Assembly (NCBI GenBank): GCA_015523565.1
Contig: WAKA01000232.1
Location: forward strand, 25,274 to 89,273
From: Candidatus Heimdallarchaeota archaeon
GTDB lineage: Archaea > Asgardarchaeota > Heimdallarchaeia > Heimdallarchaeales > Kariarchaeaceae
Length of the DNA stretch: 64,000 nucleotides
Reading direction: 5' to 3'
The position numbers and the translations under genes were made by a program. Below, in pieces: positions 1 through 9,269 of this stretch (positions are counted from its first letter, which is position 1; each line of letters begins with the position of its first letter). Below the pieces are notes generated by a model. That model was not told the origin of the DNA. It saw nothing but the letters and a program-made list of their open reading frames with translations, and did not search any database.

Positions 1-1330
1 TCAATAAGGCATCTTTTGTCAAATCCAGCTGGTTGTGGGCTGTGTTTTTGATTTTCTCAACGGAAAAAGAACTTGAATCTGCCATATCTGTCAAACTCGT
101 TTTGAAAGACTCAATCAAATCTGTCTCTGTCTGAAGCATCAAGCTTACAATGTCCCGGAAACTGGTTTTTGTTTCTTCCTCTGTTTGCTGAATCCCTTCA
201 ATTCCTATTGCCAACTTCTTCTCTGTCTGCTCAATTGATTTCCTGAGCTCATTTTCCATTGAATTTAAATTCTGTAATATGTTCTGTTGAACTCCCTTAC
301 TGCTCTGGTTTAATGCATCCAATGCCTCAACAACATCTTTCAGAATTGCCTTGTTCAAATAAAAGACTGAACTGATTAGGTTCTCTATGCCTGAAATGGA
401 TTCTTTTTCTGTTAGCTCACTTACTTTTTTCAATTCCAAATTAATGCTTTCCAATGTCTTTTTTGTGTCCATAAAAAGTAAGTCAACAATTTGTTTAGTC
501 TGTGAAGCAATTTCATCCAGGGAGGAAAATACAAGGGATCCGAGCAATTCATCTAAATTATTTATGAAATCTGTCTGGGAACGATTAAGCTTATTGATTT
601 CCATTTTTATTAGTTCAATTCCTGTTGTCGATCTTGACTTGTAAGAGGAAAACTTGTCTTTAGTCACCAACAACTGGTTTGAGAGATTTTGAAGTACATC
701 ATCCAATATTTGTAGGGGATTGTTTGTCTGCCCTTGGGCCAAAATTGCAGGAATCTGAACCTTCAAATTGTCCAAACTCTCATTTATCTTTTCCAATGCA
801 TTCTCATAAGAGCTTTTGATTTCAATTAGCGACTCCTTTGCCAACTGATTGCTGAATTGGGAAATCATCTGGAACTTTCCCAAAAAATATTTTTCCGTAT
901 CTTCTGTATTTTCTAGTTCTGAAAGTTTTGATTTTATTTGATCAATCAATTTGTCGATGAAAATCCGTAAATTTCCGAACTGTGTCTTATATGTGCTGTC
1001 ATAATCTCTGAAAATCTTCTCCATTATGGAGAAAAACTCAGTTATCACTTCTATGTACTTTTTTAACTGTCTTTCACTATTTACCTCATTTAGGTCAAGA
1101 AATAAAATTTCCTCAACAATCCTTTGAATTATCAACTCCAACGGGGGTGATTTGATTCTTTCGTTTTCTTTTTCAAAAACCTTCCAAGCTGTCAGCTTTG
1201 TGATGAGATCATTCGGGAAATACTCTTGAAGTTGGATTTCATCATATTCCTGCTTTACCGTATTGACTAGTTTTAGCCACTTTTCTAGGATATCTTGTTC
1301 CCTCAGCAATGAAATGTAATTTGAAGGCAT
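1..1330 (-). CDS. hypothetical coiled-coil protein, N-terminal part (ORF runs off window start)
   Basis: Own translation of the minus strand. ATG at 1328-1330 (MPSNYISLLREQDILEKWLKLVNTVKQEYDEIQLQEY...) stays open to position 1 (>440 codons). Lys/Glu/Leu-rich, heptad-like. Absent from the ORF track because it is truncated by the window edge. Confidence 0.5.
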   Translation of the reverse strand, partial: MPSNYISLLREQDILEKWLKLVNTVKQEYDEIQLQEYFPNDLITKLTAWKVFEKENERIKSPPLELIIQRIVEEILFLDLNEVNSERQLKKYIEVITEFFSIMEKIFRDYDSTYKTQFGNLRIFIDKLIDQIKSKLSELENTEDTEKYFLGKFQMISQFSNQLAKESLIEIKSSYENALEKINESLDNLKVQIPAILAQGQTNNPLQILDDVLQNLSNQLLVTKDKFSSYKSRSTTGIELIKMEINKLNRSQTDFINNLDELLGSLVFSSLDEIASQTKQIVDLLFMDTKKTLESINLELKKVSELTEKESISGIENLISSVFYLNKAILKDVVEALDALNQSSKGVQQNILQNLNSMENELRKSIEQTEKKLAIGIEGIQQTEEETKTSFRDIVSLMLQTETDLIESFKTSLTDMADSSSFSVEKIKNTAHNQLDLTKDALL

Positions 1331-1390
1331 TACAAAACAACAACAACATGAAAAATTAATTATATTTATGTTACACTACGTTGGTTTTGA

Positions 1391-1978
1391 TTATCCTTTT
1401 TTCTTCTTTTCCAAAAGGGTTTTTCCTATTTTATAGAATGCCTCTTCTACATTTTCCCCTGTGAGCGCTGATGTTTCTATATAGTCAATGCAATTCAGTT
1501 CCTTTGCCTTTGCAATCCCTTCCTCTTCAGAGACCTCCCTCAAATCCTCAAGGTCATTCTTGTTTCCAACCAAAATGAATAGTGAATTAGGTGATTCACT
1601 TTTTGCCTCCTTGATCCAATTGGCAACGTTTTCAAATGTCTGACGTCTTGTCAAGTCAAAAGTTACAAGTGCTCCCATTGCTCCCCTAAAGAACATACCC
1701 CGCATGGCTTTGAATCTATCTTGCCCTGCTATATCCCATAGACTAAAACAAACTTTTGTATCGTCTATTGTTTCATACCTGCTATACGGTTCCATGCCAA
1801 TCGTCATAAGGTATGCCTTTTGGAACTTCCCGTGAACAAAACGTTGAACCAATGCGGTTTTACCTACTGCACCGTCACCCAAAAGCAAAATCTTGAATGT
1901 ATATGAATAGTTTTGTGACATGTTTCTTTCCCTTGTAAATTCCTTAATGAATTTTGAGATTGGTATTCTATAAATCAA
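1391..1978 (-). CDS. Ras-superfamily small GTPase, Rab/Arf-like (Asgard-type)
   Basis: 195 aa. G1 LLGDGAVGKT, G3 WDIAGQ, G4 GNKNDL, G5 ETSAL. Size and motif order match eukaryote-like small GTPases. Confidence 0.8.
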   Translation of the reverse strand: MIYRIPISKFIKEFTRERNMSQNYSYTFKILLLGDGAVGKTALVQRFVHGKFQKAYLMTIGMEPYSRYETIDDTKVCFSLWDIAGQDRFKAMRGMFFRGAMGALVTFDLTRRQTFENVANWIKEAKSESPNSLFILVGNKNDLEDLREVSEEEGIAKAKELNCIDYIETSALTGENVEEAFYKIGKTLLEKKKKG

Positions 1979-2025
1979 TCGATTACAAATTAAGTGTTGT
2001 CACAGTTGAATGCAATAATTTGACA

Positions 2026-3807
2026 TCATGGATGAACCAAATGCCCTTTAATCTCTTGATTTTCTATATGAAGCCTTGCAAATCCTATTCTCTCCAAATG
2101 TACAATCTCATCTTGTGAAATTGACAATAAATTGTGTTCACCTTTAAATCTGACTTTTTTAAGTGATTTCTTGTTGATTTTCCCCTTGCTTGGTTCCAAG
2201 AGATCTGGAACAATCAACAACCCTTCTTTGGCTGTCTGCGTTGGAACCCACTGTATCTTCGGAATTTTTGCAGTAATTTCCTGACTTTCTGCATAAGTGC
2301 AGATTCTTATTCCACTTTTTTCATCCACTGACTTGACCGTAATATTATATAGGTCTTTCAAACGAATTGTGTTTCCTGGCTTGAAATATGACTTGTCTTG
2401 AAAGTCAATGTAGAATGAATCTTTTGTATGGATTTTCCTGTAACCTTTTTTCTTATTTTCCGGAATGTAGGGAAGTTCCACTTCTCTCTTTGGGGCATTT
2501 TGCACATAAATTACAAATGGCTTCCTGACAGCAAAGAAATGACGGCTTTTTGGTGTCAAATGTATTCTATTGAACTTGACTAGGTCACTCCATGCAATTG
2601 TTGTACTTCGAGGAGTCGTTCCTTTTTCCCTTATAAGATCCGTAATGACTTCTGGTTGTATCCCCCTTTTCTTCAATCCTTGGATTGTCACTAGGCGGAT
2701 GTCATCCCACCCTGTTACAACGCCTGTTTCAACAAGCTCCCTAATGACCCGCCCTTTTGTCGGGCAGCCCACAATATTATACCGTCCATAACTGAAAAAT
2801 GTAGGCTTCTTGCCGCCAAAGGCTTCAATCAATAAACTTTGAAGCTCTTCCCGCATAGTCCCAAATTCACTGGATCGAATGATATGTGTCGTCCCAAGCT
2901 TAAAGTCCATATATGCACTTTCGTAGTCGTACAATGGCCATAGATAATAATATCTTTCATGAAGAGGGTGCTTGGCATGAAGGATTCTGAATAAAATTGG
3001 GTCACGCATGACACTGTTATTTGCCTTCATGTCTCCCCTGAGCCTGACAACTGCCATGTTTTCCTTTACCTTGCCTGCCACCATTTCTTCGAATTCCTTT
3101 AGGTTGACATCTGTTGACTTGTTCCTGCACTCACACTCAACTCCCTCATTCCTGTTTTTCTTGACTGTCTCATTGTCACAATTACAAATGTACAAAAGTT
3201 CTTTCCTGATAAGCTTCCGGGCTGATGTGTAAAATTCCTCCATGTGGTCTGAAGCCCTGTATTCATTGTCCCATTTGGCATTTGCCCATAAAAGTCCCTC
3301 TTTTATTGCCTCATAATATTCTGGCTTTACCTTTTTGGGATTTGTGTCATCAAATCTTAAATTGACAATTCCCTGATACTTGTCCGCATACATTCTATTT
3401 ATCCGATAATTGATTGCATGCCCCAAATGTGGATATTTGCTTGGATCTGGTGCATACCTCCCCACAAATTTTCCAATTTCCGCATTAGGCAATTCAACTA
3501 ATTCACTCTTTGACTTTTCCGTCTCTGCTTTTTTCTGCTTCCTTATCTTCTCTTTCTCTTTCAACGCATTGGGGTCTATTTTTTGCAGTGTCTCCTCAAT
3601 TTCCTCTCCTGATTTCGGAAATTCCGTGGAAATGATGTTTTCAATCAGTTCTTTCACTTTTTTTGCTTCTGCTCTCGCTTCTGGATGCTTTGCCATTACT
3701 TTTCCGATAACTGCCTTGGTGTTTGGCAATCCTCCGAATTCTTTTGCATTCAATAAGGCTTCAATATATGCGGTTTTTATTATTGGATTCTCTAAGTCTA
3801 AACTCAT
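2026..3807 (-). CDS. gltX: glutamyl-tRNA synthetase, archaeal/eukaryal type
   Basis: 593 aa. Class I HIGH-type motif PHLGHA follows a ~100-aa N-terminal extension. Cys cluster CNCDNE...CECRN. Overall archaeal GluRS architecture. Confidence 0.8.
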   Translation of the reverse strand: MSLDLENPIIKTAYIEALLNAKEFGGLPNTKAVIGKVMAKHPEARAEAKKVKELIENIISTEFPKSGEEIEETLQKIDPNALKEKEKIRKQKKAETEKSKSELVELPNAEIGKFVGRYAPDPSKYPHLGHAINYRINRMYADKYQGIVNLRFDDTNPKKVKPEYYEAIKEGLLWANAKWDNEYRASDHMEEFYTSARKLIRKELLYICNCDNETVKKNRNEGVECECRNKSTDVNLKEFEEMVAGKVKENMAVVRLRGDMKANNSVMRDPILFRILHAKHPLHERYYYLWPLYDYESAYMDFKLGTTHIIRSSEFGTMREELQSLLIEAFGGKKPTFFSYGRYNIVGCPTKGRVIRELVETGVVTGWDDIRLVTIQGLKKRGIQPEVITDLIREKGTTPRSTTIAWSDLVKFNRIHLTPKSRHFFAVRKPFVIYVQNAPKREVELPYIPENKKKGYRKIHTKDSFYIDFQDKSYFKPGNTIRLKDLYNITVKSVDEKSGIRICTYAESQEITAKIPKIQWVPTQTAKEGLLIVPDLLEPSKGKINKKSLKKVRFKGEHNLLSISQDEIVHLERIGFARLHIENQEIKGHLVHP

Positions 3808-3874
3808 TTATACTAACCGAACCTTTTCTCAGCACTTAAATAAATTATGGATTATTTCAATCCAAAAATTAAGT

Positions 3875-4162
3875 TCAAAACTTTCTAAAGACAAAATGAC
3901 TGTTTGCAAGAGGATTGTCCAATTTTCCTGCTTTCTGATTCGCGATGTCTTTCATGATTTTCAACTCAGTACAGAACGTTCCTCTTCTACAGCTTCCCTC
4001 ACAATTATACTTCTGCTTTTCCGTGAAATATGATAATCTGCACTCGTTCTGTTTCCCTTGGCAGACAACCCTAAATGAACCCCTGACATCATTGGTTGTC
4101 TCCAAACTTTTCCATCTTCTGAAAAATGTGCTTGCGGATGGATGATGTGACATGGTTCCCAT
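3875..4162 (-). CDS. hypothetical small Cys-rich protein
   Basis: 95-aa ORF with 7 Cys, in the same orientation as the flanking genes. No recognisable motif. Weak. Confidence 0.25.
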   Translation of the reverse strand: MGTMSHHPSASTFFRRWKSLETTNDVRGSFRVVCQGKQNECRLSYFTEKQKYNCEGSCRRGTFCTELKIMKDIANQKAGKLDNPLANSHFVFRKF

Positions 4163-4294
4163 AAAAGTTAACTCGAATTAAATCAATAGGGAATACCTAC
4201 ATGTTATCATCCGAAAAATAGGGTATTATAAGCTTTCTGGGTTAGAATCCCGTTAAGAACATTGGCTTGTATTATCTGCATATTATCTTGATGT

Positions 4295-4918
4295 CTATAG
4301 TCTGTTGTTCGCATATACTAACTGTAAAACTAATACAAATGAAGAAACAAACAAAATGACCTCCAATGATACAATAAACGAAAGCAATCCAAAATAGGCA
4401 AATGCACCACCCAATAACAACAAACCTATTCTTGTTGAGTTTTCAAAATAAACAAATTTTGTATGGATTTGCAATGAGCCAAACTTCGCATTTACATATG
4501 ATACCGCTAAAGTCACCACCAACAAGACCAATATCAATAATTTAGGAAACAATTGATTGGCGTCATTGAAGCCAAATAAAATTCCAATTAAAATCAGGAT
4601 TTCAGAAATGAAGGAGCTTGCAAGATCAATAAATTCAATTCGTTTTTCTGGGTTTTCCTTCACTATATATGTTGTAATCTGGTTAATGGCCAAATAGATG
4701 GACAAGAAGGAAAGAAAAAAACGCAAATCTTCCAAATCAAATGTTAATGCACCAATTAGTGCACTTATGGCTTTCAACAATGACAACAAATGTGCAAATT
4801 TGGTGGATACAAAAAAAGTCTTTTCGTTGGTGTTTAAAGAGTCCACAATGGGCTTTGATTGGAAAATTATTAAATTATTTTGAAAAAACCATGTCTGATA
4901 TTGAATAGAATCCATCAA
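4295..4918 (-). CDS. hypothetical polytopic membrane protein
   Basis: 207 aa with several long hydrophobic segments. No motif recognised. Confidence 0.5.
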   Translation of the reverse strand: MMDSIQYQTWFFQNNLIIFQSKPIVDSLNTNEKTFFVSTKFAHLLSLLKAISALIGALTFDLEDLRFFLSFLSIYLAINQITTYIVKENPEKRIEFIDLASSFISEILILIGILFGFNDANQLFPKLLILVLLVVTLAVSYVNAKFGSLQIHTKFVYFENSTRIGLLLLGGAFAYFGLLSFIVSLEVILFVSSFVLVLQLVYANNRL

Positions 4919-5197
4919 TTACTTTGCCATTCTTTTCCAACCAAATATGTTCATGACTACTGCAAATGCAATTCCAATAATGAATTGGTTGAAAACAAAA
5001 GCGATTACAGCACCAAAAGTTCCCAATACAATATATATCAGTCCAATAATCATGTCCATAGTACTGCCTTGCCTTTTAGTTGGGACAGGGTCTTCTTCCT
5101 CAAGTAATTCCCCCTTAAGTTGTTCCAATTTCTTCTTTTTCCTCTTTTCCAATTTTTTATATCCTTGCTGTCTGAGTAAATCTCTTTTAGATGGCAT
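4919..5197 (-). CDS. hypothetical small membrane protein with basic N-terminus
   Basis: 92 aa. N-terminal K/R/E-rich region followed by two hydrophobic helices. Abuts the upstream gene with no gap. Confidence 0.45.
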   Translation of the reverse strand: MPSKRDLLRQQGYKKLEKRKKKKLEQLKGELLEEEDPVPTKRQGSTMDMIIGLIYIVLGTFGAVIAFVFNQFIIGIAFAVVMNIFGWKRMAK

Positions 5198-5273
5198 TCA
5201 TAAGCCTTATCTCTTCAAATTTAAAAAAGTCTCCGTTAATGCGTGTAGGTAAAAAAACGTGTGGGATTTCGAT

Positions 5274-5303
5274 AAAAAAAACACCCTCGCGGGCGTTTTT
5301 TTT
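5274..5303 (-). terminator. intrinsic-terminator-like hairpin followed by U8
   Basis: Minus-strand RNA reads A8-CGCCC-GCGA-GGGUG-U8. That gives a 5-bp GC stem with one G-U pair, a GNRA-type tetraloop, and a U8 tract immediately 3'. It lies about 20 nt downstream of the stop of the histone-fold ORF. Confidence 0.5.
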
Positions 5304-5324
5304 GGTGTTGTTTACAAAGCGAGA

Positions 5325-5498
5325 TTATACATCCTTTGCCATCAAGGTCTTTCTGTCGTTGGCTTTTGCCCTGCGGATCGCATTGTCAAGGACACCCTTA
5401 AGGGCCTTTTCAATTGCTTCAAGGCTGTCGCCACCGGTGTTCAGACCTGCTTCTTTGATGTATGCTCTAACTTTGGATTGGACTAGTAGTTCTACCAT
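5325..5498 (-). CDS. single histone-fold protein (DUF1931-like / archaeal histone-like), 57 aa; not in ORF track
   Basis: Own translation: MVELLVQSKVRAYIKEAGLNTGGDSLEAIEKALKGVLDNAIRRAKANDRKTLMAKDV. Helix-loop-long helix-loop-helix layout with RKT in loop 2, like archaeal histones (GRKTI..EDI). GGAGGT sits 8 nt upstream of the ATG. TAA stop, with the hairpin plus U8 terminator just downstream. Confidence 0.5.
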   Translation of the reverse strand: MVELLVQSKVRAYIKEAGLNTGGDSLEAIEKALKGVLDNAIRRAKANDRKTLMAKDV

Positions 5499-6066
5499 TT
5501 GTTGTTACCTCCGTTCCACGGTCTTTCAGACCTTCAGGAACAAATAATCTCTCACGGCTTAATATTTAAAGGTTTTGTGGGGTTCAATTCAAGATTCAAT
5601 ATTTCACTCTTTCTTCTCAAACCTGAGCATTTTTTCTAGCTGATCTTCCATCCAATTTCCGACAGAAATATCTGTTTTCTTTTTAAATAATGGTCGCTGA
5701 AATTGTTTATTTGTTTCATTTTCCAATAAAATCATGAACGTTGAATTTTAGAGCCCTGCCCTTTTTCCCCCTTTTTTTCATTGTGTTTTTCCCTGAATCT
5801 CCCAGAAAATGGCGCCTAAAACTTTTGCAGTTTAGCGCTCTTTATTTTCACCGTTTCATGCATTGAAGGCTTGTTTTAATATCCATTTAATTATATTGCT
5901 ATGGTGTTGATAATTTTTCCAAAAGTATTGATTTTTCTATGAACAATTCTTTTCCCCCTATTTTTTATGGTCTAAACAAATGTTCAACTTTTCACCGAAA
6001 CTAATTGTGAGATTGCTTGCGACTATTTCGAAAAAACTCTTATTCTTTAAATGAAGTTGTGTAATT

Positions 6067-6717
6067 ATGCTGATTGAAATCTATGACAATGGTGAGATGC
6101 ATGAGATCACCAATCATGAAACAACCCTAAAAGAAGACTCCGTGTATCTTCTTTTGAGCTATCGAAACAAAAGAACATACATATGGGCAGGAAAGGATGC
6201 AAATGTGAGAAAGAGATTTATCGCCGCAAAGGAAGCACGAAGAATTAAGATGGAGACTGGATTCCAAACGTTCAATGTACAGCATGACGATATGTTTGCT
6301 GACTTCGACGAAGACTTCAACGCCTATATGAACGATCTCAAGGCACATATTGGTCTTCCAAGTGTCTTGCAAGAGCAAAGGGAACGGATTCGAAAAGAGT
6401 ATTCATCCTTGGAGCCAAGTTATGCTCCGCCTGCCCAGAAAAAACCCAAAAAGGAAAGCCAGAAAAAAGTCGATGTTATGAAAACAGCAAAATCAATTGC
6501 AGAGGAGTTTTCAAAATTGGAGAAACCTAAAGGGATGGTTAGGGACTATATAATTATTGGCGACAAAGTGTATAGTATTCTGGAAGATAAAAAATCTCTG
6601 TCTCTTTCTCCTGTAACGGATCTTCCTGATGGATTCTTTGATGCAAATGGATATGAACCCCGCATTCTGATTGAAAATGCCAAAATCAAGGGCATTGAAC
6701 TTTGGAGAAAAAGATAG
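6067..6717 (+). CDS. gelsolin/cofilin-like protein, two-domain (Asgard 2DGel-like)
   Basis: 216 aa. The N-terminal segment DSVYLLLSYRNKRTYIWAGKDANVRKRFIAAKEARRI matches the gelsolin-repeat core (y-l-d-x-G-x-x-y-W-G-K-x-x-x-E-aaA-l-A). A second similar unit is MVRDYIIIGDKVYSILED...KIKGIELW. Confidence 0.45.
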   Translation: MLIEIYDNGEMHEITNHETTLKEDSVYLLLSYRNKRTYIWAGKDANVRKRFIAAKEARRIKMETGFQTFNVQHDDMFADFDEDFNAYMNDLKAHIGLPSVLQEQRERIRKEYSSLEPSYAPPAQKKPKKESQKKVDVMKTAKSIAEEFSKLEKPKGMVRDYIIIGDKVYSILEDKKSLSLSPVTDLPDGFFDANGYEPRILIENAKIKGIELWRKR

Positions 6718-6720
6718 GTT

Positions 6721-7248
6721 CTATGTTTCCAATTCTTTCAGGACATAATCTATATAAAGTTGGAATAAGTCTGTAACGTTTTCTCCACTCAATGCCGATG
6801 TTTCGAGATAATCGGCACCCAATTCTTTGGCAAACGCTTCTGCTTCTTCCCTGGAAACTTCTCTTTCTTCAACAAGGTCTGTTTTGTTGCCTACTATGAC
6901 GGTATATATCTCTCCTACCTGTTCTTTGACCTCATTAATCCATACTGTTATGTTTTCAAAGGTTTTTCGCCTTGTAACGTCATAAACGATAACTGCCCCA
7001 TGAGCCCCATAATAATATTTCTTTCTTATGGATGAAATTGATTCCTGCCCCGCTGTGTCAAACACCAAAATTCTAAGTTTTCTATTGCCGACCGTCACTC
7101 TTTTGATAAGAAAATCCACCCCAAGGCTTGGTTTATAATTTGCTTGAAATTTTCCTTGGATATATCTTACAGCTAGGCTTGTTTTTCCAACTCTGCCATC
7201 TCCTAATAAGATAACTTTCACTCTAATGTCTGAAAATTTTTGAAGCAT
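6721..7248 (-). CDS. Ras-superfamily small GTPase, Rab-like (Asgard-type)
   Basis: 175 aa. G1 GDGRVGKTS, G3 DTAGQE, G4 GNKTDL, G5 ETSAL. Confidence 0.8.
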   Translation of the reverse strand: MLQKFSDIRVKVILLGDGRVGKTSLAVRYIQGKFQANYKPSLGVDFLIKRVTVGNRKLRILVFDTAGQESISSIRKKYYYGAHGAVIVYDVTRRKTFENITVWINEVKEQVGEIYTVIVGNKTDLVEEREVSREEAEAFAKELGADYLETSALSGENVTDLFQLYIDYVLKELET

Positions 7249-7314
7249 TCCATTATGATTTCAATCTTTCTTATTCTAAAACATTATTCAAAACATTATG
7301 ACTTTTTCCTAATT

Positions 7315-8388
7315 TCAAATCAGTTTCTGAATACTTGTGCCACAGGCATGGCAATATTCATTTATTTTGTTGTTTTGCGTACCGCAATTGATGCAATAGA
7401 CATAAGACGTTTCATTTTCTGTTTTGACATTCTTGGCAATTTTGTCTTGGTCTTCCAATTTCACTTTTTCAATCAGCTTTTGGATGGATTTTGTAGCGCT
7501 TTCTGTTGAGACATATTGGAATACTGAATTATTTTCTCTTGGTTCTATAATTGGTTGGCTTATCGGATTTTCATCATCTAGCTCCTGTAGGATTGAAAGG
7601 TCTTCCAAAGTATCATCCTGAAGCCCTAATGCTGAAAGAAAAGGCAGGTCGCGATCTGGATCCTTTGGATTTGCTTCTAATGGGATATTTTTCTTCTGCT
7701 CTTCTATTACAGTTAGGCATGCATTTTCAAAATATGTCCTCTCTTTGCCTATTGAGAACAATTGAAAGACCACAGCAATCATAAAGACCATTATTGGCAA
7801 GATAATTTTTTGTGTCTTCAATAGGAACATGGAAGATATCAATGAGATTAGTAGGCTTACTCTTGCCAAAATGAAGCCTTTCTTGCCTTCGATATGCAGA
7901 TTCAAGCGACGCTTTGACCAAAAGGGGATTCCCAAAAGATATTGATGGATTTGTCTTGATGCAAGAAAATCTTCCATGAACATAATGCCATACGCCAGGA
8001 TGATTATGACCCATACTGGTATTGAAAAATTGAGCAAATTAATCCCTAACTCAGGACGGATTGCTTTATATATTAAAACTATTGATCCATAAAAAAAAGT
8101 CAATAAGGTCATTGAATGTACAAATGCAAACTGCGCAGAATTGGGTTTAAGTTTGAAAAACCTATTGTGTTCCAATATCGGCTCTGTATAATGTGAAATT
8201 TTCAAAATGTCGATAAGTGTTGACAAATAAGTGAAAACAATGAAAAACAATGTCAAACTCAATTCTTGTCCTAACGAACTCAAGAAGATTGATGAAACAG
8301 TCAAACCAACAGAGGAAATTCCAACCAAAAAATAAATTGGTCCGTTTGAAACAACATTTGGATTATTTGCTTGCTGCTCCGCTATCAT
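7315..8388 (-). CDS. polytopic membrane protein with C-terminal zinc-ribbon (CxxC...CxxC)
   Basis: 357 aa. At least 6 hydrophobic helices in the N-terminal two thirds, an acidic linker, and a C-terminal YCINCGTQNNKINEYCHACG ribbon. Confidence 0.5.
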   Translation of the reverse strand: MIAEQQANNPNVVSNGPIYFLVGISSVGLTVSSIFLSSLGQELSLTLFFIVFTYLSTLIDILKISHYTEPILEHNRFFKLKPNSAQFAFVHSMTLLTFFYGSIVLIYKAIRPELGINLLNFSIPVWVIIILAYGIMFMEDFLASRQIHQYLLGIPFWSKRRLNLHIEGKKGFILARVSLLISLISSMFLLKTQKIILPIMVFMIAVVFQLFSIGKERTYFENACLTVIEEQKKNIPLEANPKDPDRDLPFLSALGLQDDTLEDLSILQELDDENPISQPIIEPRENNSVFQYVSTESATKSIQKLIEKVKLEDQDKIAKNVKTENETSYVYCINCGTQNNKINEYCHACGTSIQKLI

Positions 8389-8444
8389 TTATTATTTCAT
8401 AAATTCGCTTGGTTATATAATGAAATAATACAGGGATATTATGA

Positions 8445-9269
8445 TCAAAATTCAATTATATGCCTCATCTTTTTGAAAATCTCTTTGGGATCCAGCTTTC
8501 GCCATGTCTCCAACTGTGAAAGGTTTATCCACCAAGGGTCTAATGCCTTTCCCTTATGCTTTGACCCGTCCATGATAAAAGCATTGACTGAAGAATGTGC
8601 AATCAGATATTCTATAAAGAGGTCAATTGACGACCTATATCCATGAAATCGTAATATTCTGGATTCTGTATCCGGTTCCCAATCTTCTTTAAGAAATGAG
8701 TTCAGTAAAGGACGCCAGCCCTTCTTCAGCATAACAATTCCTGTATATATGGATCGTTTTTCATCATATGGCTTTTCTCTGAATTCAATGATCTTTCCTG
8801 TTTTAGTGTCAATTTTTGCCAATCCTACCCTGTATTGTACTCCTTTAGAAACAAGAATGGTCACAAGGGAATCTGAAGCGGTATGGAATTCCATCATCTT
8901 GCTAAGGTCTGCATTAGTCAAAATATGACCTGGATATAATAAGACTGGTTCATCATTAATTCTTATCAACTGCTCCACTGAATATTCTTCATTTGTCTCT
9001 TTCACGTTTACAGAAATCCCTTTCCTATAGCTCAAATTTTCTGCAAGTTTGTACGTTTGAAGTATTTTCTTGCCCAACCATAAATGATTTGTAAAGCCAT
9101 GAAATACTAGGTGGTTGGTTATTATTTCAAGAACGCTGAAATTGTTGTTATTTCCCATCTTTCCATTTAACTCATTGTCACCTATTGCCCAAAGACCTGG
9201 ATGAAGATAAGTGTTAATGGGACTCAACCCTTCTATTCTTGGAAACTGGATAATTACCTTGTAGCTCAA
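8445..9269 (-). CDS. nucleotidyltransferase-domain protein (sugar-phosphate NTP transferase-like)
   Basis: 274 aa. The core (PGHILTNADLSKMMEFH...GKIIEFREKP) resembles the RmlA/GlmU-type transferase catalytic region. It overlaps the upstream gene by 4 nt. Confidence 0.5.
   Translation of the reverse strand: MSYKVIIQFPRIEGLSPINTYLHPGLWAIGDNELNGKMGNNNNFSVLEIITNHLVFHGFTNHLWLGKKILQTYKLAENLSYRKGISVNVKETNEEYSVEQLIRINDEPVLLYPGHILTNADLSKMMEFHTASDSLVTILVSKGVQYRVGLAKIDTKTGKIIEFREKPYDEKRSIYTGIVMLKKGWRPLLNSFLKEDWEPDTESRILRFHGYRSSIDLFIEYLIAHSSVNAFIMDGSKHKGKALDPWWINLSQLETWRKLDPKEIFKKMRHIIEF

Noticed and set aside
2026-2330. N-terminal ~100-aa YqeY/GatB-like extension of GluRS as a novel fusion
   Set aside because: Archaeal/eukaryal-type GluRS commonly carry an N-terminal helical extension before the HIGH motif. 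It is not unusual enough to report.
3410-4033. 207-aa plus-strand ORF and several 60-115-aa ORFs antisense to GluRS, IorA, Nnr, CoxI, EF-2 and others
   Set aside because: They are low-complexity (S/F/L-rich) translations that lie wholly inside well-supported genes on the opposite strand, with no SD or motifs. These are typical antisense artefacts in AT-rich DNA.
5191-5547. Plus-strand ORFs 5191-5547 and 5259-5486 in the track
   Set aside because: The minus-strand 57-aa histone-fold ORF in the same place has an SD, a clean stop and a terminator. The plus-strand frames start with GTG and read through the hairpin/U-tract.
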